Assembly: GCA_002269645.1 (NCBI GenBank)
Contig: NIVC01000629.1
Location: forward strand, 248,001-312,000
Source: Macrostomum lignano
Taxonomy: Eukaryota
Reading direction: 5' to 3'
DNA length: 64,000 nucleotides
The position numbers were made by a program, and so were the translations under genes. Under the pieces are notes generated by a model. The model did not search any database. It worked only from the letters and a program-made list of their open reading frames with translations, and was not told where the DNA came from. Below are positions 25,701 through 36,518 of the stretch, one piece after another (position 1 is the first letter of the stretch; each line of letters opens with the position of its first letter).

Positions 25701-27061
25701 TGGCTAAGAAATTGCTCGATGCTAAAGGCATTAAATATTCAAAAAACATAGCTTATATAAAAATAATATCTATTGGCCTAATCTATTCCTATATTTTTTA
25801 TCAAAATACAATGTTTTTTTTAAAGAGAATTTAAAAAGGGAAACTAAGTTCATGAATAAAAGCAAGCAAGTCTTATTTCTTGGGTAATTCCATGATAGGG
25901 TCCCATTTTTGAACTTTAAGCACTTGTAACTTTATAACCATAATAAATAGAAAAAAAAGCTGCAGAAAGCATTCTGTATCAAACTTCCAGTTCTATATTT
26001 TTCACATAGTTGCTTATGAATTCTAAAACAACTGAACATATAGCAGAGCATAAACTATGCTAATGGTCGTTTTTTCATCACCAAACAACCATGTACATAT
26101 ACCCTTTTCTAATTTAAGAGTTTCAGTATACCCTTTCCCAGTGGGAAGTAAGCAGTACTAACAAGTTAAAATAGCACTTATAATTATCACTTTCATGATT
26201 TTTATTTAGAATTCTTGAATACTATAAATCAGACAGTTGTCCCTAACTATATAATGATAATAAAATATATTAGCTTAAGATACATATATAGCAGATAAAT
26301 AATGCAATAGATTTCAATTTTATCACAAGATAGTATGTAGTTAACAGAGGACAATGGAACCATGGCAAATAGAAAAGGGCATCAATATTGAACATAATTA
26401 AGTTAAGATAAGATAAAGCTTAAGCATCCCAAAGGTTCACACTATTAAAAAGAAAAAACAATCTTTCTATAGTCTGTCATATTCTAAGTTGTGCATAATA
26501 TCATAAATAGATAACTGAATGTCTATGGGCAAATTTCTGTGACCAATTTTCTATAAGCTAATGCCCTGCAGACAAGCATATGGGAGCTAACTTCCCATGG
26601 GCAAATTTGTTGCTTGCTAATGTTTTAAACCCAAAGTAAAATACCATTATGTGAATTGAGTATATGCACATAATTCAAAGAGCACACAGCATGTGTAACT
26701 GTACTGCATATTGAATACTTGCATGAGTTGGTCATAATGGCATGCACATTTTCTAGTGCACTCTTGCTTGGCCCCTAATCGAACAGGATGGAAAATTGTA
26801 ACTGATTTTATATTATAACATGTTGAGCAAGAGCTTAATTAACAAGTTAGCTAGTCTTTGTGCAACTAGAACCTTAATATAATGGCATCCAGTATGTAAA
26901 AAAACAGTGTGCAAATTTAGCAAATGATTAGTAATTATAATAATCTGGAAATTAAACCAACTAATTGCAGACTGGATCAGCGCAGCTCCGAGCTGTATGT
27001 TAGCTGACTGACTCGGGTATTTCCATAGAAGTATATACAATATCAACTGAGCAAATCGGTA

Positions 27062-30017
27062 ATGGTTCAACCGTCCGCTGAGCAGCAGCAGCTGAACGCC
27101 ACAGACCCGGCTCTCATTAGTAGGGCACGCGAGGTCGGAAACGAGTTTGTGTACATCTACTACATGAGCGTCAACAAGTGTCCCTGGGATCTGCACCGCT
27201 TTTACTCCTCCACCTCCCTGTTCATCCACGGCGGCCGCGACCTTCCCGACCAGGCGCAGTCGCCCGCCTGCGGTCAGTCGGCCATCGCCGAGCGGATCGC
27301 CAGTTTGAAGCTGTTCGACTGTCGGACCAAAATTCTCATGGTCGACTCCATGCCGGACTCCAATGGCGATGGCGTGCTAATCCAAGTCTGCGGCGAGATT
27401 AGCAACAATGCCGGCCCTATGCGCCGGTTCATGCAGACTTTCCTGCTGGCGCCTAACGGTCCCAAGAAATATTTTGTGCAGCGCGACATCTTCAGGTTAT
27501 TGTGCGGGATTAGTGTAACAGATGGAATAAACCACCTGGAGTACCGCCCCTTAACCACCTGGAGTACCGCCCCTTAACCACCTGGAGTACCGCCCCTTAA
27601 CCACCTGGAGTACCGCCCCTTAACCACCTGGAGTACCGCCCCTTAACCACCTGGAGTACCGCCCCTTAACCACCTGGAGTACCGCCCCTTAACCACCTGG
27701 AGTACCGCCCCTTAACCACCTGGAGTACCGCCCCTTAACCACCTGGAGTACCGCTCCTTAACCACCTGGAGTACCGCCCCTTAACCACCTGGAGTACCGC
27801 TCCTTAACCACCTGGAGTACCGCCCCTTAACCACCTGGAGTACCGCCCCTTAACCACCTGGAGTACCGCCCCTTAACCACCTGGAGTACCGCCCCTTAAC
27901 CACCTGGAGTACCGCTCCTTAACCACCTGGAGTACCGCTCCTTAACCACCTGGAGTACCGCCCCTTAACCACCTGGAGTACCGCCCCTTAACCACCTGGA
28001 GTACCGCCCCTTAACCACCTGGAGTACCGCCCCTTAACCACCTGGAGTACCGCCCCTTAACCACCTGGAGTACCGCCCCTTAACCACCTGGAGTACCGCC
28101 CCTTAACCACCTGGAGTACCGCCCCTTAACCACCTGGAGTACCGCCCCTTAACCACCTGGAGTACCGCTCCTTAACCACCTGGAGTACCGCCCCTTAACC
28201 ACCTGGAGTACCGCCCCTTAACCACCTGGAGTACCGCCCCTTAACCACCTGGAGTACCGCTCCTTAACCACCTGGAGTACCGCTCCTTAACCACCTGGAG
28301 TACCGCCCCTTAACCACCTGGAGTACCGCCCCTTAACCACCTGGAGTACCGCTCCTTAACCACCTGGAGTACCGCCCCTTAACCACCTGGAGTACCGCTC
28401 CTTAACCACCTGGAGTACCGCCCCTTAACCACCTGGAGTACCGCACTTTTACCATCTGGAGAACCGCCTTAAAGCCACCTGAAAAACCACCCTCAACCAC
28501 CTAAAAAACCACCCTAAACCACTTGAAATGCCACTCCTAAACCACCTGAAGAAGCGCCATTAACCTAAGAAATTCTCTAAACTGATCCGCAATTTGTCTT
28601 GGACTCATATCGTACAGTTGCCCGCCAACCCGTTGCCGCCCCCAGGTACCAGGACGAGGTGTTCACCGACGCTGATGCCGATGTTTCCGACGTCGCAATG
28701 GAGCCGACAGCAGCGGCTGAGCCGACCGTCGATGGCGACGCGACCGCTGCCGTTCCTGCTGCCCCGGTAGCTGTTACAACGCCCCCGCCCCCGGTTTCCA
28801 CCGTCTCTCCTGACGAGCCGCCAGGGCTGGCTTCCCCGATGGCCGCCAACGGCGACGGTTCCATCGTTGCCGCCACCGGCATTGATGACGCGGCGTTGGT
28901 GGCCTCGGGCCTGGCCGCTGACCAGCAGCAGCAGCCGGAGCAGCTGCAGGACGCGGCGGCTTCAACTGTGCCCAAGGAGATGCCGGCTCCCATTGTTAGC
29001 GGCGGCGGTGGAGCGGGCAGTTCCTCAGCTGGCGCCGCTGTCGGCGTCAAGAAGAATTTCGCTGCTCTCTTTGGCGGCGGCTCCGTTGCGGCTCCTCAGC
29101 CGCCGCCGCCGCCGCCGCCACCAGCTCAGCCGGCTCCGCAGCAGCAGCGCAAACAAGCGGCTCAAGTTCCTACAAACGGTCAAGCTAAGGCTGAGCCGCA
29201 GTGGGGACAGGAGCAGGACGTGCCCGATAATCAGCAGGTGTTCGTCGGCAACATCGGGCCAAATATAAGCGAGGACGACCTGATCGAAGAGTTCAGCCAG
29301 TTTGGCGAGGTTGTCAGCTGTCGGATCAACTCTAACCGCAGCAGGCCGCCCGGCTCTGTGGGATTCGGATTCATCAGCTTTGCCGATCCCGCCGTCGCTA
29401 GGAAACTCATCGACATGAAGGTCAGTGCGGCTGGAAGAGACTCTCCTGCCCTGTGCTACCCTCTGTCCTGCACTGTGCTACCCTCTGTCCTGCACTGTGC
29501 TACCCTCTGTCCTGCACTGTGCTACCCTCTGTCCTGCCCTGTGCTACCCTCTGTCCTGCACTGTGCTACCCTCTGTCCTGCCCCATCACCCTCTGTCCTG
29601 CCCCATCATCCTCTGTCCTGCCCTGTGCTACCCTCTGTCCTGCCCTGTGCTACCCTCTGTCCTGCCCTGTGCTATCCTCTGTCCTGCCCTGTGCTACCCT
29701 CTGTCCTGCCCTGTGCTACCCTCTGTCCTGCCCCATGTTATCCTATGTCTTGGCCCGTGCTACCCTCTTCCCTGCCCTCAGTTGTGCCTCTCCCTAGCTT
29801 TAATACCCACACCGCTGTGCTCACTTCTACTTTCATATCCGTTCGATCGCATCCGCAGAGACACACGAGCAGCCACGGAACTACGCTGAACCTCGAGGAG
29901 AAAAAATCTTCTGGTCGGCGTGGCGGCGGCGGCGGCGGCGGCGGCGGTTTTGGTGGCCGAAGCGGCGGCGGCGCCGGCAGCTACGGGCGCGGCGGCCGAG
30001 GCCCCTCAAGGCGATGA
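27062..30017 (+). CDS. G3BP: Ras-GAP SH3-binding protein G3BP (NTF2-like + acidic/Pro-rich + RRM + RGG), 3 exons: 27062-27495, 28646-29420, 29859-30017 (about 455 aa)
   Basis: NTF2-like domain VGNEFVYIYY...LHRFY...RRFMQTFLLAP...YFVQRDIFR|YQDEVF; RRM QVFVGNI...GFGFISF; LNLEEKK then an RGG tail. GT-AG introns with phases 2 and 0. Confidence 0.93.
27530..28460. repeat. 23-bp minisatellite (about 40 copies) in G3BP intron 1
   Basis: Unit AACCACCTGGAGTACCGCCCCTT; degenerate copies continue to about 28560. Confidence 0.97.
29448..29775. repeat. 22-bp minisatellite in G3BP intron 2
   Basis: Unit CCCTGTGCTACCCTCTGTCCTG. Confidence 0.93.
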
Positions 30018-30473
30018 AAAGTTTTGCACGAAGCATAAAGTTGCAGCCAGCCACTGGGAGGGAAGGAGGGCCTGGGATGACGGCACTTAGCAGCATGCAG
30101 AGAGTAGGTAATCGATATTCCTTCATTGATGAGAAGACTATTCGATATGGGCCCGTTCAATTATTAAAGTAATATTTGTTACTAAATTGTTAATGTACGT
30201 TCTATTCAACTCCTTACAGTTTGCACCAGTCTGTCTCATTGTTGCGGCTCTGCTATGCAATCCCAAAATTTAACTTCGGGCAAATAATAACTCCAATTCT
30301 TTGCTAGATCCCCAGTTCCTTACCTTCCTTGATTAACTTTTGCTCGTTTCTCCCCCTGCGCGTAGCATTTTTGTGAAAGTTTTGGCTGCGTTCTTTGTTT
30401 TTGTGAAAAAAGCAGGCACAAGTTTCACGTAAGGCCGCTAGTTAGCGACTGCCAGTTCCTCCTCTCTCCATCC

Positions 30474-30612
30474 CTTCTATTCACACAGTTCCTGCCCGTT
30501 CCGCCGTGAGCCTGAATCCCTTCTATTCACACAGTTCCTGTCCGTTCCGCCGTGAGCCTGAATCCCTTCTATTCACACAGTTCCTGCCCGTTCCGCCGTG
30601 AGCCTGAATCCC
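30474..30612. repeat. 46-bp tandem repeat, 3 copies
   Basis: Unit CTTCTATTCACACAGTTCCTGCCCGTTCCGCCGTGAGCCTGAATCC. Confidence 0.9.
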
Positions 30613-30904
30613 AGTAATGTTCGTGCGTTCTGTCTGTCAATTCATCGGACCCCCCTCGTGCTGGTCTTTTCTGGACCGTCAGTTTCAAATAAACAGCAAA
30701 GCTGGTAGCTGCAGAGTCCTCATTTGAGACGCTTGCGATCCGTATCTCCTTGTTATTAATTCTATTGATTATAAGCCGCAATACCGACTGCTCTGGTCTG
30801 CTTTGTGAAGACAAAATATTCACTTGTTCAGTCATTTCTTTCGTGTCTGCTGATTTTATTATTTTTAGTTACTTGGGCTGCCACCCCGTGCCCCTCCTGC
30901 CCTA

Positions 30905-31395
30905 CCCGGGTAAAAAGGAAAGATGTCTCTCGGAGACATTGCAAACGCACAATCGACATCAATTGACATGATAACATGTCTCGAAGACATGCTGGGGAGA
31001 CATTATGTGGGGTGTCTCTTTTCCTTTGTCCAGACATGGCCCTGAGACTGCCTTAAGACGTTGTCTCAGAGACATTGCATGGGATATCAGGATACATTTT
31101 TCCGATAATTTGTAAACTTTTTATTCTTACATAATCCGTCATTGTTTACTATTAATAACTTAAAAGGCTTGTGTTAATGATGTTTTGGGCCAGTCTCCTC
31201 ATGTCTCTTGGAAATAAAAAATGTCTCCGGCAATGTCTCGTCATGTTGGGAGTACGAGTACATGATATCTCCGGGTAATGTCTTCACAATGTCTATACAT
31301 GTGCAACAAATCTACACCCATGTCTACTGGGTAATGTCTAGATGTCTAGTGGCACCATGTCTACTAGCATTAGGAGACATAACTTTCTACCCGGG
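30905..31395. mobile_element. 491-bp MITE with CCCGGG termini and 3-bp TSD (CMC/EnSpm-like)
   Basis: TIR CCCGGGTAAAAAG / CTTTCTACCCGGG; TSD CTA; many internal GAGACAT/ATGTCTC repeats. Confidence 0.7.
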
Positions 31396-31399
31396 CTAA

Positions 31400-31540
31400 T
31401 TAGGATGGCACCCTGTGCCCCTCCTGCCCTAACTGGGCTGGCACCCTGTGCCCCTCCTTCCCCAACTGGGCTGGTACCCTGTGCCCCTCCTGCCCTAACT
31501 GGGCTGGTACCCTGTGCCCCTCCTGCCCTAACTGGCTGGC
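31400..31540. repeat. 33-bp minisatellite, about 4 copies (plus one copy left of the MITE at about 30873-30904)
   Basis: Unit CTGGGCTGGYACCCTGTGCCCCTCCTGCCCTAA. Confidence 0.85.
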
Positions 31541-32019
31541 TTAAAATTACATGCATTTACCTTAGTAAAGTTACACGAAGTCAAATGTAAGAAATCCAGC
31601 CGTGAATATTAACAAGAGGCTTAAATATCTCTTTTTAACAAGTTATCATGGGTATCTGTATTTTTACTCTGCTTTTAGTCAGTTATTTAATGAAGACCTA
31701 AATTTTAATGGCAGTCACGAAGCGGAATATTCAAAAAAAATTAAAACTTGCAGGTTGAAAAATTTTATTTGCGCAATTTTTGCGACAAATTTACAACGAA
31801 AGCGTAGGAAATAGCAGTTAAATATTTTTATTACACTACTTACAGACAGAAGACGATGCGGCAATTTTCAGAAACAGTTGATTTATAGAAAATTTCGACT
31901 GAACAAAACTACTCAGTCATCAGCATGTTAGGAATGATTCGCTACAAAACATATTTTCGACATTGAATATTGGTAACGATATTGTAAAGTATTCGACAAA
32001 TGATCGGTTCGGTTCCTTT

Positions 32020-32535
32020 AAATTATGACTGGTTGGCAGCTCAGCTTGATCTTGAGTGTTGGAAAGCTTCCACTTTCTGAAACCGTGTTTAATTGGGTTC
32101 CCCTAGAATATGATTGGTTGGCAGTTCAGCTTGACCTTGAGTGTTGAAAAGCTTCCACTTGCCAAAAAAGTGATCAGTTGGATTCCCCTAGAATATGATT
32201 GGTTGGCAGTTCAGCTTGACCTTGAGTGTTGAAAAGCTTCCACTTGCCAAAAAAGTGATCAGTTGGATTCCCCTAGAATATGATTGGGTGGCAGTTCAGC
32301 TTGACCTTGAGTGTTGAAAAGCTTCCACTTGCCAAAAAAGTGATCAGTTGGATTTCCCTAGAATATGATTGGGTGGCAGTTCAGCTTGACCTTGAGTGTT
32401 GAAAAGCTTCCACTTGCCAAAAAAGTGATCAGTTGGATTCCCCTAGAATATGATTGGGTGGCAGTTCAGCTTAACCTTGAGTGTTGAAAAGCTTCCACTT
32501 GCCAAAAAAGTGATCAGTTGGATTCCCCTAGAATG
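32020..32535. repeat. 85-bp tandem repeat, about 6 copies
   Basis: CTAGAATATG recurs at 32103, 32188, 32273 and onward (period 85). Confidence 0.93.
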
Positions 32536-33825
32536 ATGGTTACGAGAAGTATATTTAAGGAGCTTCTTTCCTGTAGAATATAAATTGTTTGGTACGTGAG
32601 TGGGTACACAATGCAGTTCGATAGATAATAGACAACAAAAGCCAATGGCTTTTAAGTGAAAACGGTAATGTGTAGCAGAATAGGGCAAAGTGCTTGAAAA
32701 AGACAAGATAAGCAATGAGCATTGCTTTGGGCGTGAGCTTGGATAAACAGAAACTTAGAAACAAAAAAATTAAAGAGCTTCTTAGCCTGCGAGTGATTAT
32801 ATGCCGTAATCTAAATAGAGTGCAGTTTAGTATTGATAATCAGTTTCGGTTAAACAATTTTTGCAAACAAAGGAAACGCTTGCATGCACTGCATTTACTA
32901 CTCACACATTTAGGCAAAATAATAGCGGGCCAATTATTTTCAAAATACAAAAAATCTTTAAGCATTTTGCGCAAATAATAACTGCATATAGGAACTGTCT
33001 GTAAGTATTAGGCAGGCATTAGCGCTGCGATAGGTGAGAGCTGAGCCACACGAGACTGGCAGGTCGCTTCTGCACACTTTTTAATTCCCTTTTTGAGCCA
33101 AAATTGTGTCTGATACTAAAATAACTAGATGCGCCGTTCAGGCACATATAGTTAGCAAAACGGCTTTCTACTTTCAGTTCAGTAGCAAAGAAGAATAATA
33201 AGCTATTTTATGAAATAACGGCAGCTGCGATGACTGATAAGTTAAGAACCCTCGTGCAGGCGTAAACAACTTGCTAATTGGTTCAGCCATAATGTACATT
33301 AGCCACTGAAATGTACATGGCAGCTTTAGGCTGGAATTCCCAGAACGGCGATAAAAATTGGGGTAGTGTAGAAAGGCGCGGTTGGAAGGTTTAAGCTGGG
33401 GGAAGAGCCAATAAATTGAGCCTTGGCTTTAAAAAATACATCAAAATGCTTCTGTTTAACTAACTACTGAACTGAAAGTAGCTTACACGCAAATGTGTTG
33501 AGTGGTACATCTAGTTATTCTAGTATCCGTGATTGAGCCTAACTACAAAGCCATACTGTAGGCACATGTTCGCTAGCTGGTCCCCCAGATCATCACACGA
33601 ATGGCAGATTCTCAGAAAAATCAGCACTGCAGATTAATTAAGGCAGCAACTGCTGAATAATACGAGTACAAGCCAATGCATGTAATTATCGCTCGACTGT
33701 CCATATCGAGGTGACTAAAGTACAAAATTACATCTAGCATTGACACCGGCTGCAAATCAGTTAGATATAAAACTGTCGTTACGTCCAGCAAAAAAATTAT
33801 GAAAGAAGCAACCGCAGTGTTAGCT

Positions 33826-36518
33826 TCACATATCCGGCAAGCCGGCCTTTTGCCGGCCCATCTGTACAGTTGCTCGCAGAAGAAATTGGCGCCTGCTCAA
33901 CTCGCGAATCGTCTGCAATGTCGGGTTGGCGACATCAGGGTAATTAGCAGCTGCTGGTTGCTACTGAATTGCTATTGCTGCCCGTTCAGAAACGACTGGC
34001 CACCGCCCTCCTATCCTTCAAGCCCGCCCTCCTACCTTTCAATCCCAACCCTCGTATCCTTCAGGCACCAGCTTCAATCCCAACCCTCCTATCCCTCAGG
34101 CACCAGCTTCAATCCCAACCCTCCTTATCCTTCAGGCACCAGCTTCAATCCCAACCCTCCTATCCCCCAGGCACCAGCTTCAATCCCAACCCTCCTATCC
34201 CCCAGGCACCAGCTTCAATCCCAACCCTCCTTATCCTTCAGGCACCAGCTTCAATCCCAACCCTCCTATCCCTCAGGCACCAGCTTCAATCCCAACCCTC
34301 CTATCCCCCAGGCACCGACTTCAATCCCAACCCTCCTTATCCTTCAGGCACCAGCTTCAATCCCAACCCTCCTTATCCTTCAGGCACAAGCTTCAATCCC
34401 AACCCTCCTTATCCTTCAGGCACCAGCTTCAATCCCAACCCTCCTTATCCTTCAGGCACCAGCTTCAATCCCAACCCTCCTATCCCTCAGGCACCAGCTT
34501 CAATCCCAACCCTCCTATCCCCCAGGCACCAGCTTCAATCCCAACCCTCCTATCCCCCAGGCACCGACTTCAATCCCAACCCTCCTTATCCTTCAGGCAC
34601 CAGCTTCAATCCCAACCCTCCTTATCCTTCAGGCACCAGCTTTAATCCCAACCCTCCTTATCCTTCAGGCACCAGCTTCAATCCCAACCCTCCTATCCCT
34701 CAGGCACCAGCTTCAATCCCAACCCTCCTATCCCCCAGGCACCAGCTTCAATCCCAACCCTCCTATCCCCCAGGCACCGACTTCAATCCCAACCCTCCTT
34801 ATCCTTCAGGCACCGACTTCAATCCCAACCCTCCTATCCCCCAGGCACCAGCTTCAATCCCAACCCTCCTATCCCCCAGGCACCGACTTCAATCCCAACC
34901 CTCCTTATCCTTCAGGCACCAGCTTCAATCCCAACCCTCCTTATCCTTCAGGCACCAGCTTCAATCCCAACCCTCCTATCCCTCAGGCACCAGCTTCAAT
35001 CCCAACCCTCCTATCCCCCAGGCACCAGCTTCAATCCCAACCCTCCTATCTTTCAGGGACCCTATGATCTTGTAGAGCCCGCTTCTACCCCTTCCATCTA
35101 ATCTATCAGGGCCCGCTGGTGAAACCCTCAGACCCTTCAGTGATCTTGCTTCCAACTTGCAACCCTCATTGGAAGGGCGGGACAGGAACGGCGGCGGCTT
35201 GCCTTCAAGTACGAGTCGATATCAACGCAGCCTTTGCGCAGCGCGTCGCCCAGTGCGAAGATCGTGTCCTCCAGCGCCTGCTCCTCGGCGTAGCAGCGAA
35301 CAATCTGCCTGTAGAGCGGCGCCGTGGCGTCGATCGCTTCGTCAACTCCGACGGACTCCTGAGCGGCCATCTGGGTGAGCATCTCCTCGGCCTGGCTGTT
35401 GGCCTGGCGCAGGCGGGTGGTGTAGTCTCCCACCGATTGCAGCTCCGTCTCCAGGCCCCTCAACAGCTTTTCCAGCTTCTCCCGACCTTCTCGCAGATCC
35501 TGCCCGGTGCGACGAACAACGTCGAGCTCGGCTTCTAGCTGGGCTCGTTTCTCGCTGTAGCGACGGCGAACCTACGATTGGAATCGGCGATTCGAGATGT
35601 GCGAATTGACACCTGAAGACAGCTGTTCACTGTACAGCTAGTGCTTTGTTGATTGCATATGGGGATCTAAGGAAATTTATTATAGGGAATCTAAGGGGAT
35701 CTAATCTTGCTCATTGCATATAGGGATCTGCGGGAATACTGGGATAAATCTCGCCCATTGCATATGCGGATCTGGGGGAATACTGGGATAAAATCTTGCC
35801 GATGGCATATGGGGATCTGGGGGAATACTGGGATAACATCTTGCTAATTGCATATGGGGATCTGGGAGAACAGTCTCAAAATGATTCAAATATCCACCTT
35901 ATCCTCGGCAGCCGTTAGCACGGACATCCTCATGGCTTCCTCCTGATAATCCTGCCTTGTTCCAGTTGACTGCGGCTGCTGTTGCTGCTGCTGCTGCTGC
36001 GGCGGCAGAGGCGGCTGCTGCCAACCGTAGCCGGCGCCCCAGCCATAGCCGCCTCCGGCCGCTGAAACCGGCTGCTGGTGCTGCTGCTGAGCCATGGGGG
36101 TCACCGGGGCGGCCTGGCGCGCCATCCGGGACACAACGGGTGGAGTGTCGCCAAACTGTATCTGCAGCATCTGGATTAATCCAACTAAATCAGATTGCGG
36201 ATGAGTCCAGGAGCTCAGGTAGGGCATGTAAATCCGGCCGTTGCTATCTACGTATTGGCTGACGCGAATCTCCATGGAGGCTGTTGGCCTGACGTACACC
36301 AATGGCGCATCGTATGGGGCGTTGTACTGCATGTACAGGCACACGGGTATGTTGTAGGTGCTGCCCTTGTGCACCACGGGGATGGTGCCGCTGAGGGCCA
36401 GCAGCTGGCGGGTCTCGCCGTTGGAGAAGGTGAAGGACTCGGTTGTCGGCCGGAGGTCGCGGTATTCGTGCAGAGCATTGGCCAAGTCGCGCCTGGCTGG
36501 CTCCGGGTGCTTATAGTT
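33826..36518 (-). CDS. TSG101: TSG101 / Vps23 (ESCRT-I): exons 36518-35898, 35571-35203, 33912-33826; 5' start uncertain (ORF extends to 36608)
   Basis: UEV domain (LSGTIPV...YNIPVCLY...PLVYVRPT...YVDSNGRIYMPYLSSW), coiled coil, steadiness box (APLYRQIVRCYAEEQALEDTIFAL...DIDSYLK|TIRELSRRQFLLRA). All introns are phase 0; the last has a GC donor. Confidence 0.93.
34020..35060. repeat. 35/36-bp minisatellite in the last TSG101 intron
   Basis: Unit CCTCCT(T)ATCCYYCAGGCACCAGCTTCAATCCCAAC, about 29 copies. Confidence 0.95.
35650..35870. repeat. 44-45-bp tandem repeat in a TSG101 intron
   Basis: TGCATATGGGGATCTGGGGGAATACTGGGATAA recurs at 35715, 35759, 35804 and 35849. Confidence 0.85.

Noticed and set aside
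27530-28460. Regular short repeats resembling a CRISPR array (also 7170-7705 and 49310-50240)
   Set aside because: Units are contiguous with no unique spacers, there are no cas genes, and the context is eukaryotic and intronic.
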